DNA of 64,000 bases from an uncultured Gammaproteobacteria bacterium (GTDB taxonomy: Bacteria; Patescibacteriota; Patescibacteriia; UBA1558; GWA2-36-10), in assembly GCA_964515785.1 (NCBI GenBank), contig CAZEWH010000001.1:11730-75729 (forward strand), read 5' to 3'. Numbering within the stretch: position 1 is the first letter of the stretch; each line of letters begins with the position of its first letter. The translations under genes were made by a program, and so were the position numbers. The notes below the pieces were generated by a model. It was not told where the DNA came from, ran no database searches, and saw only the letters and a program-made list of their open reading frames with translations. This document shows positions 51,690-59,830 of the stretch, in pieces.

Positions 51690-52520
51690 ATGTCAGAAGA
51701 ACAACAAACAATTATTCAAAATGTGCAACCACAGGGGGAGGGGAAAAAGTTGCCTGACAAACAACCAGAAAAATTTGAAATCAAAAACATAGCCTTATTT
51801 ATTATCATCATTGTAGTGGCTATAGTACTTGGGGTTAGTTCTCGTAGCTCCGATACTGAAGAAGATCTTACAAATGAGATGCCTGATATTGTAGACAGTG
51901 TAGACAATCAAGGTACGGGTGGAGTAGTGATGGGAGAAAGTGACGAATCACTTACTACTGATAATGACGATAATAAAGAAAAGTGGTATGTCTATTGGAA
52001 CGAAGATGCTAAATTGTGGATGGCTTATCCTGATTGGGTACCATTAGGACTTAGTGAAAATTACAACTTAAAAGTTGAGGCTCGAGTAGCCTTGGATGCT
52101 GGAGAAGATGTTTTACTTGATCAACAAAGTCTATCTGATGGTGAGTATGGTCAAGATATAGATCTGGCTTTACCAGCTTCTCGTCAGGTAATTGATTTTG
52201 ATACTTGGTATGCCAAACAATATATGGTTTTGGAAGATGGTGATGTATGTAATCTTGTCTTTAACCGTAGTTTGATTTTTTATGCTAAAGGTTACCAAAT
52301 TAGAGTTAGTTTATCTCTAAATAAAGATAAGCAAACGCAGATTGTTGAACAGATGCCTCAGTTTTTCATAAGCAAGCCAGCTTGTGGCGATCAATTAGTT
52401 TGGGGAGAGAATAAACAAATTGATTTTTATCAGACTTTAGCTACTCATCAGGGTAGTGGATTAGCTCAAGAATGGTATAGTATATTTGATAGAATAATTA
52501 GTACTATCAAGCTATATTAA
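51690..52520 (+). CDS. hypothetical membrane-anchored protein
   Basis: 276 aa; single TM IALFIIIIVVAIVLGV; acidic extracytoplasmic domain. Confidence 0.5.
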   Translation: MSEEQQTIIQNVQPQGEGKKLPDKQPEKFEIKNIALFIIIIVVAIVLGVSSRSSDTEEDLTNEMPDIVDSVDNQGTGGVVMGESDESLTTDNDDNKEKWYVYWNEDAKLWMAYPDWVPLGLSENYNLKVEARVALDAGEDVLLDQQSLSDGEYGQDIDLALPASRQVIDFDTWYAKQYMVLEDGDVCNLVFNRSLIFYAKGYQIRVSLSLNKDKQTQIVEQMPQFFISKPACGDQLVWGENKQIDFYQTLATHQGSGLAQEWYSIFDRIISTIKLY

Positions 52521-52547
52521 TAAGATTTATCTAATATTAGCCAAAAT

Positions 52548-52585
52548 AACGACCCCAAGGGTCAAAATTGACCCTTGGGGTCGTT
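52548..52585. repeat. perfect 18-bp inverted repeat AACGACCCCAAGGGTCAA-AA-TTGACCCTTGGGGTCGTT
   Basis: exact palindrome, no T-run; between 51690 gene and secE promoter. Confidence 0.7.
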
Positions 52586-52592
52586 AATAGAC

Positions 52593-52621
52593 TTGCCAAG
52601 ATTGCTTTTTTGTGATATACT
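52593..52621 (+). promoter_or_regulatory. promoter TTGCCA-N17-TATACT for secE-nusG-rplKA
   Basis: hexamers at 52593-52598 and 52616-52621. Confidence 0.55.
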
Positions 52622-52676
52622 CATGTCGTAATAAACAGCTGACCAATAGCTGTTTTAAAAAACTTTTATAAATTAT

Positions 52677-52859
52677 ATGAGTAAATTAGTTGATTATTTA
52701 AAGGGTTCTCGTGAAGAATTGTCTAAAGTTGTTTGGCCTTCTCGTGAAACAATTACCAATCATACTGTTATGGTGATTGGTATTTCTATAGCTGTAGCTA
52801 TATTTTTAGGTACAATTGATTTTGTTTTAAGCAAAGTCTTAGAAGTAGTTATTAGATAA
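52677..52859 (+). CDS. secE: preprotein translocase subunit SecE
   Basis: 60 aa; single C-terminal TM; canonical position before nusG. Confidence 0.8.
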   Translation: MSKLVDYLKGSREELSKVVWPSRETITNHTVMVIGISIAVAIFLGTIDFVLSKVLEVVIR

Positions 52860-52870
52860 TTTTAAATATT

Positions 52871-53416
52871 ATGCCAAAACAAACTTCACAACAAGGAAAA
52901 CGCTGGTATGTCTTACATACTTATTCTGGTTACGAAGAAAATGTTTGCCGTAATCTAAGCCAGAGAATTGAATCTATGGACATGGAAGACAAGATTTTTG
53001 ATGTTTTAATTCCAACTGAAACCAAGATAAAGATTAAAAATGGTAAAAGAAAGACTGTAAAAGAAAAGATTTTTCCAGGTTATGTTTTGGTAAACATGAT
53101 TGTAACTGATGCTTCTTGGTATGTAGTTCGTAATACACCAAATGTGACTGGTTTTGTAGGAAGTGGTACTACTCCTACTCCAGTTTCAGAATCTGAGATC
53201 AAAGCTTTGATGCAACGCATGGGTCAAGAAGAGCCAGAGTACAAAGTAGATATTGCTATCGGTGAGTTGATTAAAATTACAGATGGACCATTCAAAGATT
53301 ATGAAGGTAAAGTTTCAAATATTGATGAAGCTCGCGGCAAAGCTAAAGTATTAGTTTCCATGTTTGGTCGTGAGACTCCAGTAGAATTAGATTTTTTACA
53401 AATCAAAAAATTATAA
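52871..53416 (+). CDS. nusG: transcription termination/antitermination factor NusG
   Basis: 181 aa; NGN domain + KOW (GPFKDYEGKV). Confidence 0.92.
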   Translation: MPKQTSQQGKRWYVLHTYSGYEENVCRNLSQRIESMDMEDKIFDVLIPTETKIKIKNGKRKTVKEKIFPGYVLVNMIVTDASWYVVRNTPNVTGFVGSGTTPTPVSESEIKALMQRMGQEEPEYKVDIAIGELIKITDGPFKDYEGKVSNIDEARGKAKVLVSMFGRETPVELDFLQIKKL

Positions 53417-53486
53417 TTAAAAATAATTTTATAGAGGGAGCTTGATTAGTCATCAAGCGTATGAACCTCGTAATCCAATATTTTAT

Positions 53487-53912
53487 ATGGCAAAAGAAGT
53501 AAAACAATTGGTCAAGATGCAAATCCAAGCCGGAAAAGCTACTCCAGCTCCACCGGTAGGTACTGCTTTGGGACCGCATGGTGTAAATATTCAAGAATTT
53601 TGTACCAAGTTCAATGACGCTACCAAAGAGCGTATGGGTGAAATAGTCCCAGTAGATCTATCTATCTATGAAGATAGAACTTTTGATTTTGTACTGAAGA
53701 CTGCTCCAGCTTCTGAGATGATCAAAAAGAAAATCAATTTGAAAAAAGGCTCAGGTAGTCCACTCCAAGAAAAGGTCGGTAAACTTACAGACAAAGATTT
53801 GACTGAAATCGCTCAGGCTAAGATGCCTGATCTCAATACTGATGATGTCGAAGCTGCTAAAAAGATAATCGCTGGTACTGCCCGTCAAATGGGCGTCCGA
53901 GTGGAGGAATAA
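53487..53912 (+). CDS. rplK: 50S ribosomal protein L11
   Basis: start moved to MAKEVKQLVKMQIQAGKATPAPPVGTALGPHGVNI (L11 N-terminus); ORF track start 53442 probably too early. Confidence 0.9.
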   Translation: MAKEVKQLVKMQIQAGKATPAPPVGTALGPHGVNIQEFCTKFNDATKERMGEIVPVDLSIYEDRTFDFVLKTAPASEMIKKKINLKKGSGSPLQEKVGKLTDKDLTEIAQAKMPDLNTDDVEAAKKIIAGTARQMGVRVEE

Positions 53913-53916
53913 ATAT

Positions 53917-54603
53917 ATGGCTAAAATTGGAAAAAGACTCAAAGAAGCCAAAGCTAAAATTGAGTCAGATAAAGTTTATGAAATAAGTGAGGCTATCAAA
54001 TTAGCCAAAGAAACTTCTAAAGTAAAATTTGATGCTAGTCTAGAAGTCCATGCTCGTTTAGGTATCGACCCCAAAAAAGGTGATCAGATTATCCGTGGTG
54101 CTGTAGTTTTACCACATGGTACAGGAAAAGCTATCAAAATTGCTGCTTTTGTAGCTGATGATAAAGCCAAGGATGCTAAGGCAGCCGGAGCTGATGTGAT
54201 TGGTAACGAAGATTTGATTGCACAAATCAAAAAAACTAGCAAAACAGATTTTGATATTGCTGTAGCTACTCCTGATATGATGCCAAAGTTAGCTGCTATT
54301 GCCAAGATTTTGGGACAAAAAGGTTTGATGCCAAACCCAAAAGCAGGTACTATTGGTCCTGATATTACAAAGATTATTGAAGAACTCAAAAAAGGTAAAG
54401 TAGCTTACAAAAATGATGCTCAAGCCAATGTGCATGTTTTGATTGGTAAGCTGTCATTTGATGATGCTAAATTGCAAGAAAATTTTACTACTTTCTTGGA
54501 TTCATTGAAAAAGTCAAAGCCGCAAAGCTTGAAAAGTACTTTTATCAAGAACATGAGTATTAGTTCATCTATGGGACCTGGTATCAAAGTATCTATTAAT
54601 TAA
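53917..54603 (+). CDS. rplA: 50S ribosomal protein L1
   Basis: 228 aa; conserved L1 fold motifs. Confidence 0.92.
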   Translation: MAKIGKRLKEAKAKIESDKVYEISEAIKLAKETSKVKFDASLEVHARLGIDPKKGDQIIRGAVVLPHGTGKAIKIAAFVADDKAKDAKAAGADVIGNEDLIAQIKKTSKTDFDIAVATPDMMPKLAAIAKILGQKGLMPNPKAGTIGPDITKIIEELKKGKVAYKNDAQANVHVLIGKLSFDDAKLQENFTTFLDSLKKSKPQSLKSTFIKNMSISSSMGPGIKVSIN

Positions 54604-54627
54604 ATTTATTTTTACTCAATAAGAAAA

Positions 54628-54651
54628 GACTCACCACTGGTGAGTCTTTTT
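54628..54651. terminator. bidirectional intrinsic terminator (GACTCACC-ACT-GGTGAGTC + T-run) shared by rplA and the minus-strand zinc-ribbon gene
   Basis: 8-bp stem; T-rich on both strands. Confidence 0.75.
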
Positions 54652-54654
54652 GGT

Positions 54655-54936
54655 TTAGGCTGGAGGTTCGACGCGTCGGGCAGATTTGAGTATTAGACCC
54701 GTACCATCGCTTTCGCCACTCAAACAGCGTCCACAAGCTTCGATAGCTCGTATCTCTTTGAGCGTGCGAGCTTGTTTGATCTTGGGCGGCATTTTATCCA
54801 TCATAAGACGTTCGCATTGTGGGCAGTAAAAACCAAGACCGACGACAATTTCTTCGAGTTCAGCCACTGTAGTGGCTGTTTTAGCCTCGGTTTCGGTACG
54901 ACCTTCTCTGAGACGATTCCATCCGATTGTAGCCAT
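54655..54936 (-). CDS. small zinc-ribbon protein (CPQC..CGRC), GC-rich, strong SD
   Basis: about 93 aa from ATG 54936; SD AAGGAG + 6 nt; four Cys in two CxxC pairs; GC about 50%. Confidence 0.5.
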   Translation of the reverse strand: MATIGWNRLREGRTETEAKTATTVAELEEIVVGLGFYCPQCERLMMDKMPPKIKQARTLKEIRAIEACGRCLSGESDGTGLILKSARRVEPPA

Positions 54937-54972
54937 TTCTCTCTCCTTTTTTAGTGAACCATGATTCAAGGT

Positions 54973-55037
54973 AATATATATTATATTTATTATTTTGTCA
55001 ATCATGATTTGACAACTTAAAAAACTTGCTTTATACT
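54973..55037. promoter_or_regulatory. divergent promoter pair whose -35 boxes form the palindrome TTGTCAA-TCATGAT-TTGACAA (candidate operator)
   Basis: minus-strand TTGACA(plus 54996-55001)-N17-TATATT(54973-54978); plus-strand TTGACA(55009-55014)-N17-TATACT(55032-55037). Confidence 0.55.
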
Positions 55038-55270
55038 AATAAACAATAATTTAAATATGAAAAGTTTTAACTTTCAACTAAATACTAAGAAACACAGCGC
55101 TAAACATTATCGCTGGTATTTTGGTGTCTTAGTTGATGGTTAATATATAATATTTATTAGAATTATTATAATTTAATATAAATTTTTTAGATAATTAGCT
55201 ATCAACTAAAGTTGGTGGCTTTTTTTGTTGTATAAAAAAGTTCTTTCCCAACACCAAAAGGAGGTGAAAC

Positions 55271-55564
55271 ATGTCTATCATCAAGACCCCAATGTCTCGT
55301 GCTTTGCAAGAAGCTTGGCAAGAGCGTTTGTCTCAGAATCCTACTCGAGCTGAGCTGATTGATGTCATTCAGCAGATTGCTGTCTGGCGTGAAGAAGCAG
55401 CGACTGAGCTTTTTAAAGCTGAGTTGTCTCTGACTGATAAAGAGTTGGAGATTATCGTTGAGCATGTGCCTGAGTTTCGTCAGCGGGCAGCTCGCTTGCT
55501 TGCTCGAGTCAATGACTGGGCTGAGCTACAGGCTTCCAAGTGCCACGGTGGCTTTGTCATCTGA
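55271..55564 (+). CDS. hypothetical helical protein, GC-rich, SD AAAGGAGGTGA
   Basis: 97 aa; about 225-nt AT-rich leader from divergent promoter. Confidence 0.5.
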   Translation: MSIIKTPMSRALQEAWQERLSQNPTRAELIDVIQQIAVWREEAATELFKAELSLTDKELEIIVEHVPEFRQRAARLLARVNDWAELQASKCHGGFVI

Positions 55565-55578
55565 AAAGGAGGTGAATA

Positions 55579-55773
55579 ATGTCAGATATGCCAGAGCATG
55601 ATGACAGCTTTGTCCGCGAAGATACACTTGGTTGGACAGGTAATCATCATGATGAAATCGGCCTCAAAGACAGTGGCCAGTATCAAGCAATTACTGGCCA
55701 AGAAGATCACAGTTTCAGTGATGTTTCTTGGTCTGGTGATAGTGTGACTGGAGATGCTATCTTTCCTGGCTGA
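55579..55773 (+). CDS. hypothetical acidic small protein, GC-rich, SD AAAGGAGGTGA
   Basis: 64 aa; D/E/H-rich, low complexity. Confidence 0.4.
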   Translation: MSDMPEHDDSFVREDTLGWTGNHHDEIGLKDSGQYQAITGQEDHSFSDVSWSGDSVTGDAIFPG

Positions 55774-55784
55774 TCTAGCCTCGC

Positions 55785-55820
55785 TTTGTATTTTTACAAG
55801 GCGAGGCTATCTAAAAATTA
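55785..55820 (+). terminator. hairpin TAGCCTCGC..GCGAGGCTA after GC-rich module
   Basis: 9-bp stem, 16-nt loop. Confidence 0.45.
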
Positions 55821-55879
55821 ATTATTTGATATATATTTTAGCTTATGTTAAGTTAAAGCTAATTATTAAGAACAAACAT

Positions 55880-57370
55880 ATGAATTTAGTATTACAAGCA
55901 AAAATTGAACAAATGCCACAGGTGATGTTTTATCCTGTTTTGGAGGACAATCAAGCTATTATTAGATTGATTAATAGTTTTGACTATGAAGATCAATCAG
56001 CTATTTTGACTCGTCTTAAAGCTGAAAAATTTGTAGGAAAAAAATCACAGGTTTTTATTATAAATGAACCTGGTTTATCAGTAGTTTTACTAGGTACTGG
56101 TCAAAGTAAAAAATTAAACTCAGAAGATTGGAGAATTTTAGCTGGAAATATTATAGCTTATCTTCAAAAATATTCAGCTAAAAATATTGGCCTTATAGCT
56201 CAAGACTGGCTGAAAAATAATTCTAATGTAGAATTATTTGGTCAATCTTTAGCCGAAGGCTTGATGCTAGCAAGTTATGAATTTATTAAGTACAAAAAAA
56301 TAGACAAAAATAAAATAAATATAAATATTGAAAATATTTTTGTAGAAATTTCTTCAGATAAAAAAAATAAATTTCAAAAAGGCTGGGATACTGGTTTATT
56401 GATGACTGAGGCAACTAATCTAGCTCGTGATCTAGTCAATGAACCAGCTGGCGTGATGACGCCGACTTTTTTGGCAGATACAGCTCGTCAGATTGCCAAA
56501 GACAATAAAAATATCTCTGTAAAAATATTAGACAAAGAAGCTTGTCAAAAATTAGGTATGAATGCATATCTTGGAGTTGACCAAGGTTCAGAACAGCCTT
56601 TGCAGTTTATACATCTTGTATACAAACCAGCTCGCAAATCAAAAGATATTATTGCTTTGGTGGGCAAGGGTATTACTTTTGATAGTGGAGGACTCAACAT
56701 CAAGACAGGCGATAGTATGTCTCAAATGAAAGTTGATATGGCGGGAGCAGCGACCGTCTTAGGTATTTTTGCTAGTATTGGAAAACTGAAACCAAAGTCA
56801 GAAGTCCATGGTATTGTAGCTGCTTGTGAAAACATGCCATCTGGTACAGCCCTCAAACCTGGAGATGTTATTTCTAATATGCAGGGTAAGACTATTGAAA
56901 TAGGTAATACTGATGCTGAAGGTCGAGTGACTCTAGCTGACTCTCTGGCTTATGCTCAAAAAAAAGGCGCCAAAACTATCATAGACTTAGCTACTTTGAC
57001 TGGAGCTTGTATGATTGCTCTAGGACCAGAATATACTGCTTTGTTTGCCAATGATCAAAGTTTAGCTAAAGATTTATTAAAAACTGCAGATCAAACTGGC
57101 GAGAAAATATGGCAATTGCCTTTACCAGATGAATATAAAGAACTCAATAAAAGCAAGATAGCTGATATAAATAATATACCAAACACTAGATATGGCGGAG
57201 CTATTACTGCAGCTTTGTTTTTGCAAGAATTTATAAATCAAGATATCAAATGGTCTCACTGGGATATAGCAGGACCTGCTTATGCTGAAAAACCGTTCAA
57301 TAGCTATATTCCTCAGGGAGGGGTTGGTTTTGGAGTAAGGACTTTACTTGCTTGGTTATTAGCTAAATAG
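55880..57370 (+). CDS. pepA: leucyl aminopeptidase (M17 family)
   Basis: start set at MNLVLQAK; NTDAEGRVTLAD signature and Zn ligands; ORF-track N-terminal 42 aa likely spurious. Confidence 0.9.
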   Translation: MNLVLQAKIEQMPQVMFYPVLEDNQAIIRLINSFDYEDQSAILTRLKAEKFVGKKSQVFIINEPGLSVVLLGTGQSKKLNSEDWRILAGNIIAYLQKYSAKNIGLIAQDWLKNNSNVELFGQSLAEGLMLASYEFIKYKKIDKNKININIENIFVEISSDKKNKFQKGWDTGLLMTEATNLARDLVNEPAGVMTPTFLADTARQIAKDNKNISVKILDKEACQKLGMNAYLGVDQGSEQPLQFIHLVYKPARKSKDIIALVGKGITFDSGGLNIKTGDSMSQMKVDMAGAATVLGIFASIGKLKPKSEVHGIVAACENMPSGTALKPGDVISNMQGKTIEIGNTDAEGRVTLADSLAYAQKKGAKTIIDLATLTGACMIALGPEYTALFANDQSLAKDLLKTADQTGEKIWQLPLPDEYKELNKSKIADINNIPNTRYGGAITAALFLQEFINQDIKWSHWDIAGPAYAEKPFNSYIPQGGVGFGVRTLLAWLLAK

Positions 57371-57374
57371 GCTA

Positions 57375-57538
57375 TTGACAGTATTTGAGGGAATTGCTAT
57401 GCTATAAGCAGTTCTTTCATGCAGTCGTCATTCCAAACCATCTACTGGGTTTTTTGCTCCTGACCTGACCGCCTCCTTGACCGCGTTTGATTGCCATGAC
57501 GAGCCTCCGACCCTCGTAGCTTTGCTACGGGGGTTTTT
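57375..57538 (+). ncRNA. orphan cassette A: promoter TTGACA-N17-TATGCT, ~120-nt GC-rich structured RNA, terminator CCCTCGTAG-CTTTG-CTACGGGGG + T5
   Basis: located between convergent pepA and pth; contains CCUCCUU (anti-SD-like) and GTCGTCATTCC..GCCATGACGAGC inverted repeat; no credible ORF. Confidence 0.4.
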
Positions 57539-57554
57539 CTTATTTATCAAAGAC

Positions 57555-57700
57555 TTGACAGGATATTTGATTTGGTATAATATATATCCACGATCTTTCG
57601 ATGCCAGAAGAGCGATCTAACAAATGTCGGGAGCCCATTCCCACTCTCGTGTGCTGCGCTTTTCCGACGAGCCCTTGTTGCCTTGCAACAAGGGTTTTTT
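57555..57700 (+). ncRNA. orphan cassette B: promoter TTGACA-N17-TAATAT, ~105-nt GC-rich structured RNA, terminator CCCTTGTTGC-CTT-GCAACAAGGG + T6
   Basis: shares CGACGAGCC + terminator architecture with cassette A. Confidence 0.4.
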
Positions 57701-57755
57701 CTTTGTATACTAAAAATGTCCAGAGTGCGAAAAGCACCGGGGACACAACCTGAAT

Positions 57756-57784
57756 AACCCTTTCAGCAATTTGTTGAAAGGGTT
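57756..57784 (-). terminator. hairpin AACCCTTTCAGCAA-TT-TTGTTGAAAGGGTT abutting pth stop
   Basis: near-perfect 14-bp dyad. Confidence 0.5.
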
Positions 57785-58339
57785 TTAATTATATTTATTA
57801 GAAGTGACTGTAAATCCTTTTTTGATAATAGATTCTAAAATCAAATGACTAGTGTCGATAATTTCAGCTAGTTTTTTCTTTTGTTCAGAATCAAATTTTT
57901 TAAGCACAAAACCTTCTGCATTACCTTTTTGAGTGCCAATACCAAGTCTAATACGGATAAAATCTTTTGATTTTAGATGTTTGATAGTTGATTCAACACC
58001 TTTATGACCACCAGCTGATTTTTTTCGGCTGATACGTATTTTGCCAAAAGGCAAATCTATATCATCATAAATAATAATTATTTTTGTGGTGGGTATTTTA
58101 TAAAAAGATTTTAGTTTTTTGACAGCTCTACCAGATTCATTCATATAAGTCAGTGGCTTGGCAATAATATTTTTTTCTCTATCAATCTTGAAGTCAGCCA
58201 AGGCACTATTACTGGCTTTATGTGATTTCCAGTTCAAGCTTTTTTTGTTAGCTAAAGAATCCAAAACCATCCAACCAAAGTTGTGGCGGGTCTTAGCATA
58301 TTTTTTGTCTGGATTTCCTAGTCCAATGATCAAACGCAT
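57785..58339 (-). CDS. pth: peptidyl-tRNA hydrolase
   Basis: 184 aa; MRLIIGLGNPDKKYAKTRHNFGW N-terminus with catalytic His. Confidence 0.92.
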   Translation of the reverse strand: MRLIIGLGNPDKKYAKTRHNFGWMVLDSLANKKSLNWKSHKASNSALADFKIDREKNIIAKPLTYMNESGRAVKKLKSFYKIPTTKIIIIYDDIDLPFGKIRISRKKSAGGHKGVESTIKHLKSKDFIRIRLGIGTQKGNAEGFVLKKFDSEQKKKLAEIIDTSHLILESIIKKGFTVTSNKYN

Positions 58340-58359
58340 AAAATTTTATTATTTTTCTA

Positions 58360-58395
58360 GTCATCCCGCCTGCCTGCCGGCAGGCAGGCACTTGA
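58360..58395. repeat. perfect GC palindrome GCCTGCCTGCCGGCAGGCAGGC (CCTGCCTGCCGG hairpin family)
   Basis: 22-nt exact dyad; second hairpin ATTCCCGC-CTGC-GCGGGAAT at 58427-58446. Confidence 0.7.
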
Positions 58396-58462
58396 TGCGT
58401 GATCTAGTTTTTTTAATTAAATAAGCTTATAGATTCCCGCCTGCGCGGGAATGACAAGGGGA

Positions 58463-59821
58463 TTAAGTATCTTGTGTATTTTGGCTTTTATTAACAATGA
58501 TTTTTATAGGTGTACCACTAAAGCCAAATTTATATCTCAAATTATTTTCAATAAAACGCAAGTAAGAATCGTGTAACTCAGCTTTAAAGTTCATCTTGAT
58601 AGCAAAGACTGGAGGATTGGTTCTTATTTGTTTCAAACTATAGATATAAGGATGTTTTGTACCTTTGCCACGAGATGGTTTATGTCTTTTTACTATTGAC
58701 TTGAGTAATTTGTTTAGAGCATTCTCAGTAATGGTTTTATTTTTTTCTTTATAGATATTTACAATTAAAGTCAATAATCTTTTTAATCTGATTTTTTGAG
58801 TAGCAGAAGTAAAAATTATTGGCGCCCAAGTGATAAATGGCAGAAATCTTTGATAATATTTGGTATATTCATTGATGGTGTCTTTGTCTTTATCAGGAAT
58901 CAAGTCCCATTTATTGGCAACAATGATAATACCAACACCATGCTCTTGGGCTTCATTGATCAAGTGTTTGTCCTGCCAGCTGAGTTTTTTGGAAACATCA
59001 GTCATCAAGATCATAATATCAGCTCTTTTGAGAGTTTGGAGGCTTTGTTCAACACTTTGTTTTTCAAAATTATTTTTAGATTTTTTACTACGTCGTCTGA
59101 TACCAGCAGTATCTATCAGAGTTAGTTTTTGTTTTTCAAAATTCAAAACTATATCTTGAGCATCACGAGTAGTGTGAGGTGTTGCTGACACTACTAGACG
59201 TTTGACTCCCAAGAGAGCATTGATCAGAGATGATTTTCCAACATTTGGTCTACCAACTATAGCTACTTTAATATTTGATTCATCTTCTTTAACAACTTTT
59301 TTTACGCTAGGTTTTTTTATTTTTTTTAGATTCTTGACTATTTCATCAAGTAGATCACCAGTACCGACTCCGCTAGCTGCCGAGATAGGCCATGGTGCAT
59401 CAAGATTTAATTTATAAAATTCAGCAATATTTTGTCTAGCTTTATTATTATCTGTTTTGTTAGCTACTAATAATATTTTCTTTTTAGTCTTTTGTAATAG
59501 TTTTACTAGGTCATTATCTTCTGGCATGATCCCAGTTTTGGTGTCAACAACAAATAAAATCAAATCAGCTTCGTCTATAGCCTGTAGAGCTTGCTCACTA
59601 ATAGCTTTGTCCATACTATCTGTTACTTCACTTACCAAACCGCCTGTATCTATAATATTAAAGTCAAGATCTTTCCATGTACAGATAGCATAATTTCGAT
59701 CGCGAGTCGTACCAGCTATATTAGAAATAATAGCTTTATTGCTAGCTAATAGACGATTAAACAATGTTGATTTTCCAACATTTACTCGACCGACTATAGC
59801 TACATTATAAAGTTTTGACAT
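58463..59821 (-). CDS. der: ribosome-associated GTPase Der (EngA), tandem GTPase domains + KH-like domain
   Basis: 452 aa; two G1 motifs GRVNVGKS and GRPNVGKS. Confidence 0.95.
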   Translation of the reverse strand: MSKLYNVAIVGRVNVGKSTLFNRLLASNKAIISNIAGTTRDRNYAICTWKDLDFNIIDTGGLVSEVTDSMDKAISEQALQAIDEADLILFVVDTKTGIMPEDNDLVKLLQKTKKKILLVANKTDNNKARQNIAEFYKLNLDAPWPISAASGVGTGDLLDEIVKNLKKIKKPSVKKVVKEDESNIKVAIVGRPNVGKSSLINALLGVKRLVVSATPHTTRDAQDIVLNFEKQKLTLIDTAGIRRRSKKSKNNFEKQSVEQSLQTLKRADIMILMTDVSKKLSWQDKHLINEAQEHGVGIIIVANKWDLIPDKDKDTINEYTKYYQRFLPFITWAPIIFTSATQKIRLKRLLTLIVNIYKEKNKTITENALNKLLKSIVKRHKPSRGKGTKHPYIYSLKQIRTNPPVFAIKMNFKAELHDSYLRFIENNLRYKFGFSGTPIKIIVNKSQNTQDT

Positions 59822-59830
59822 AGTATAAAT

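Noticed and set aside
53442-53486. Fifteen-codon N-terminal extension of rplK in the ORF track (MISHQAYEPRNPIFY).
   Set aside because: L11 family proteins begin at MAKEVK...QAGKA...PPVGPALG. The extension is not conserved and likely reflects an upstream in-frame ATG.
55754-55879. Forty-two-codon N-terminal extension of pepA in the ORF track.
   Set aside because: It overlaps the end of the upstream GC-rich gene and a terminator hairpin. The M17 aminopeptidase domain aligns from MNLVLQAK (55880).
57597-57746. 49-codon Cys-rich ORF (MPEERSNKCREPIPTLVCCAFPTSPCCLATRVF...) inside orphan cassette B, and the minus-strand 68-aa ORF 57540..57746.
   Set aside because: No RBS. The reading frames run straight through perfect terminator hairpins. 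The cysteines come from GC-rich stem codons (TGC/TGT), so they are likely non-coding.
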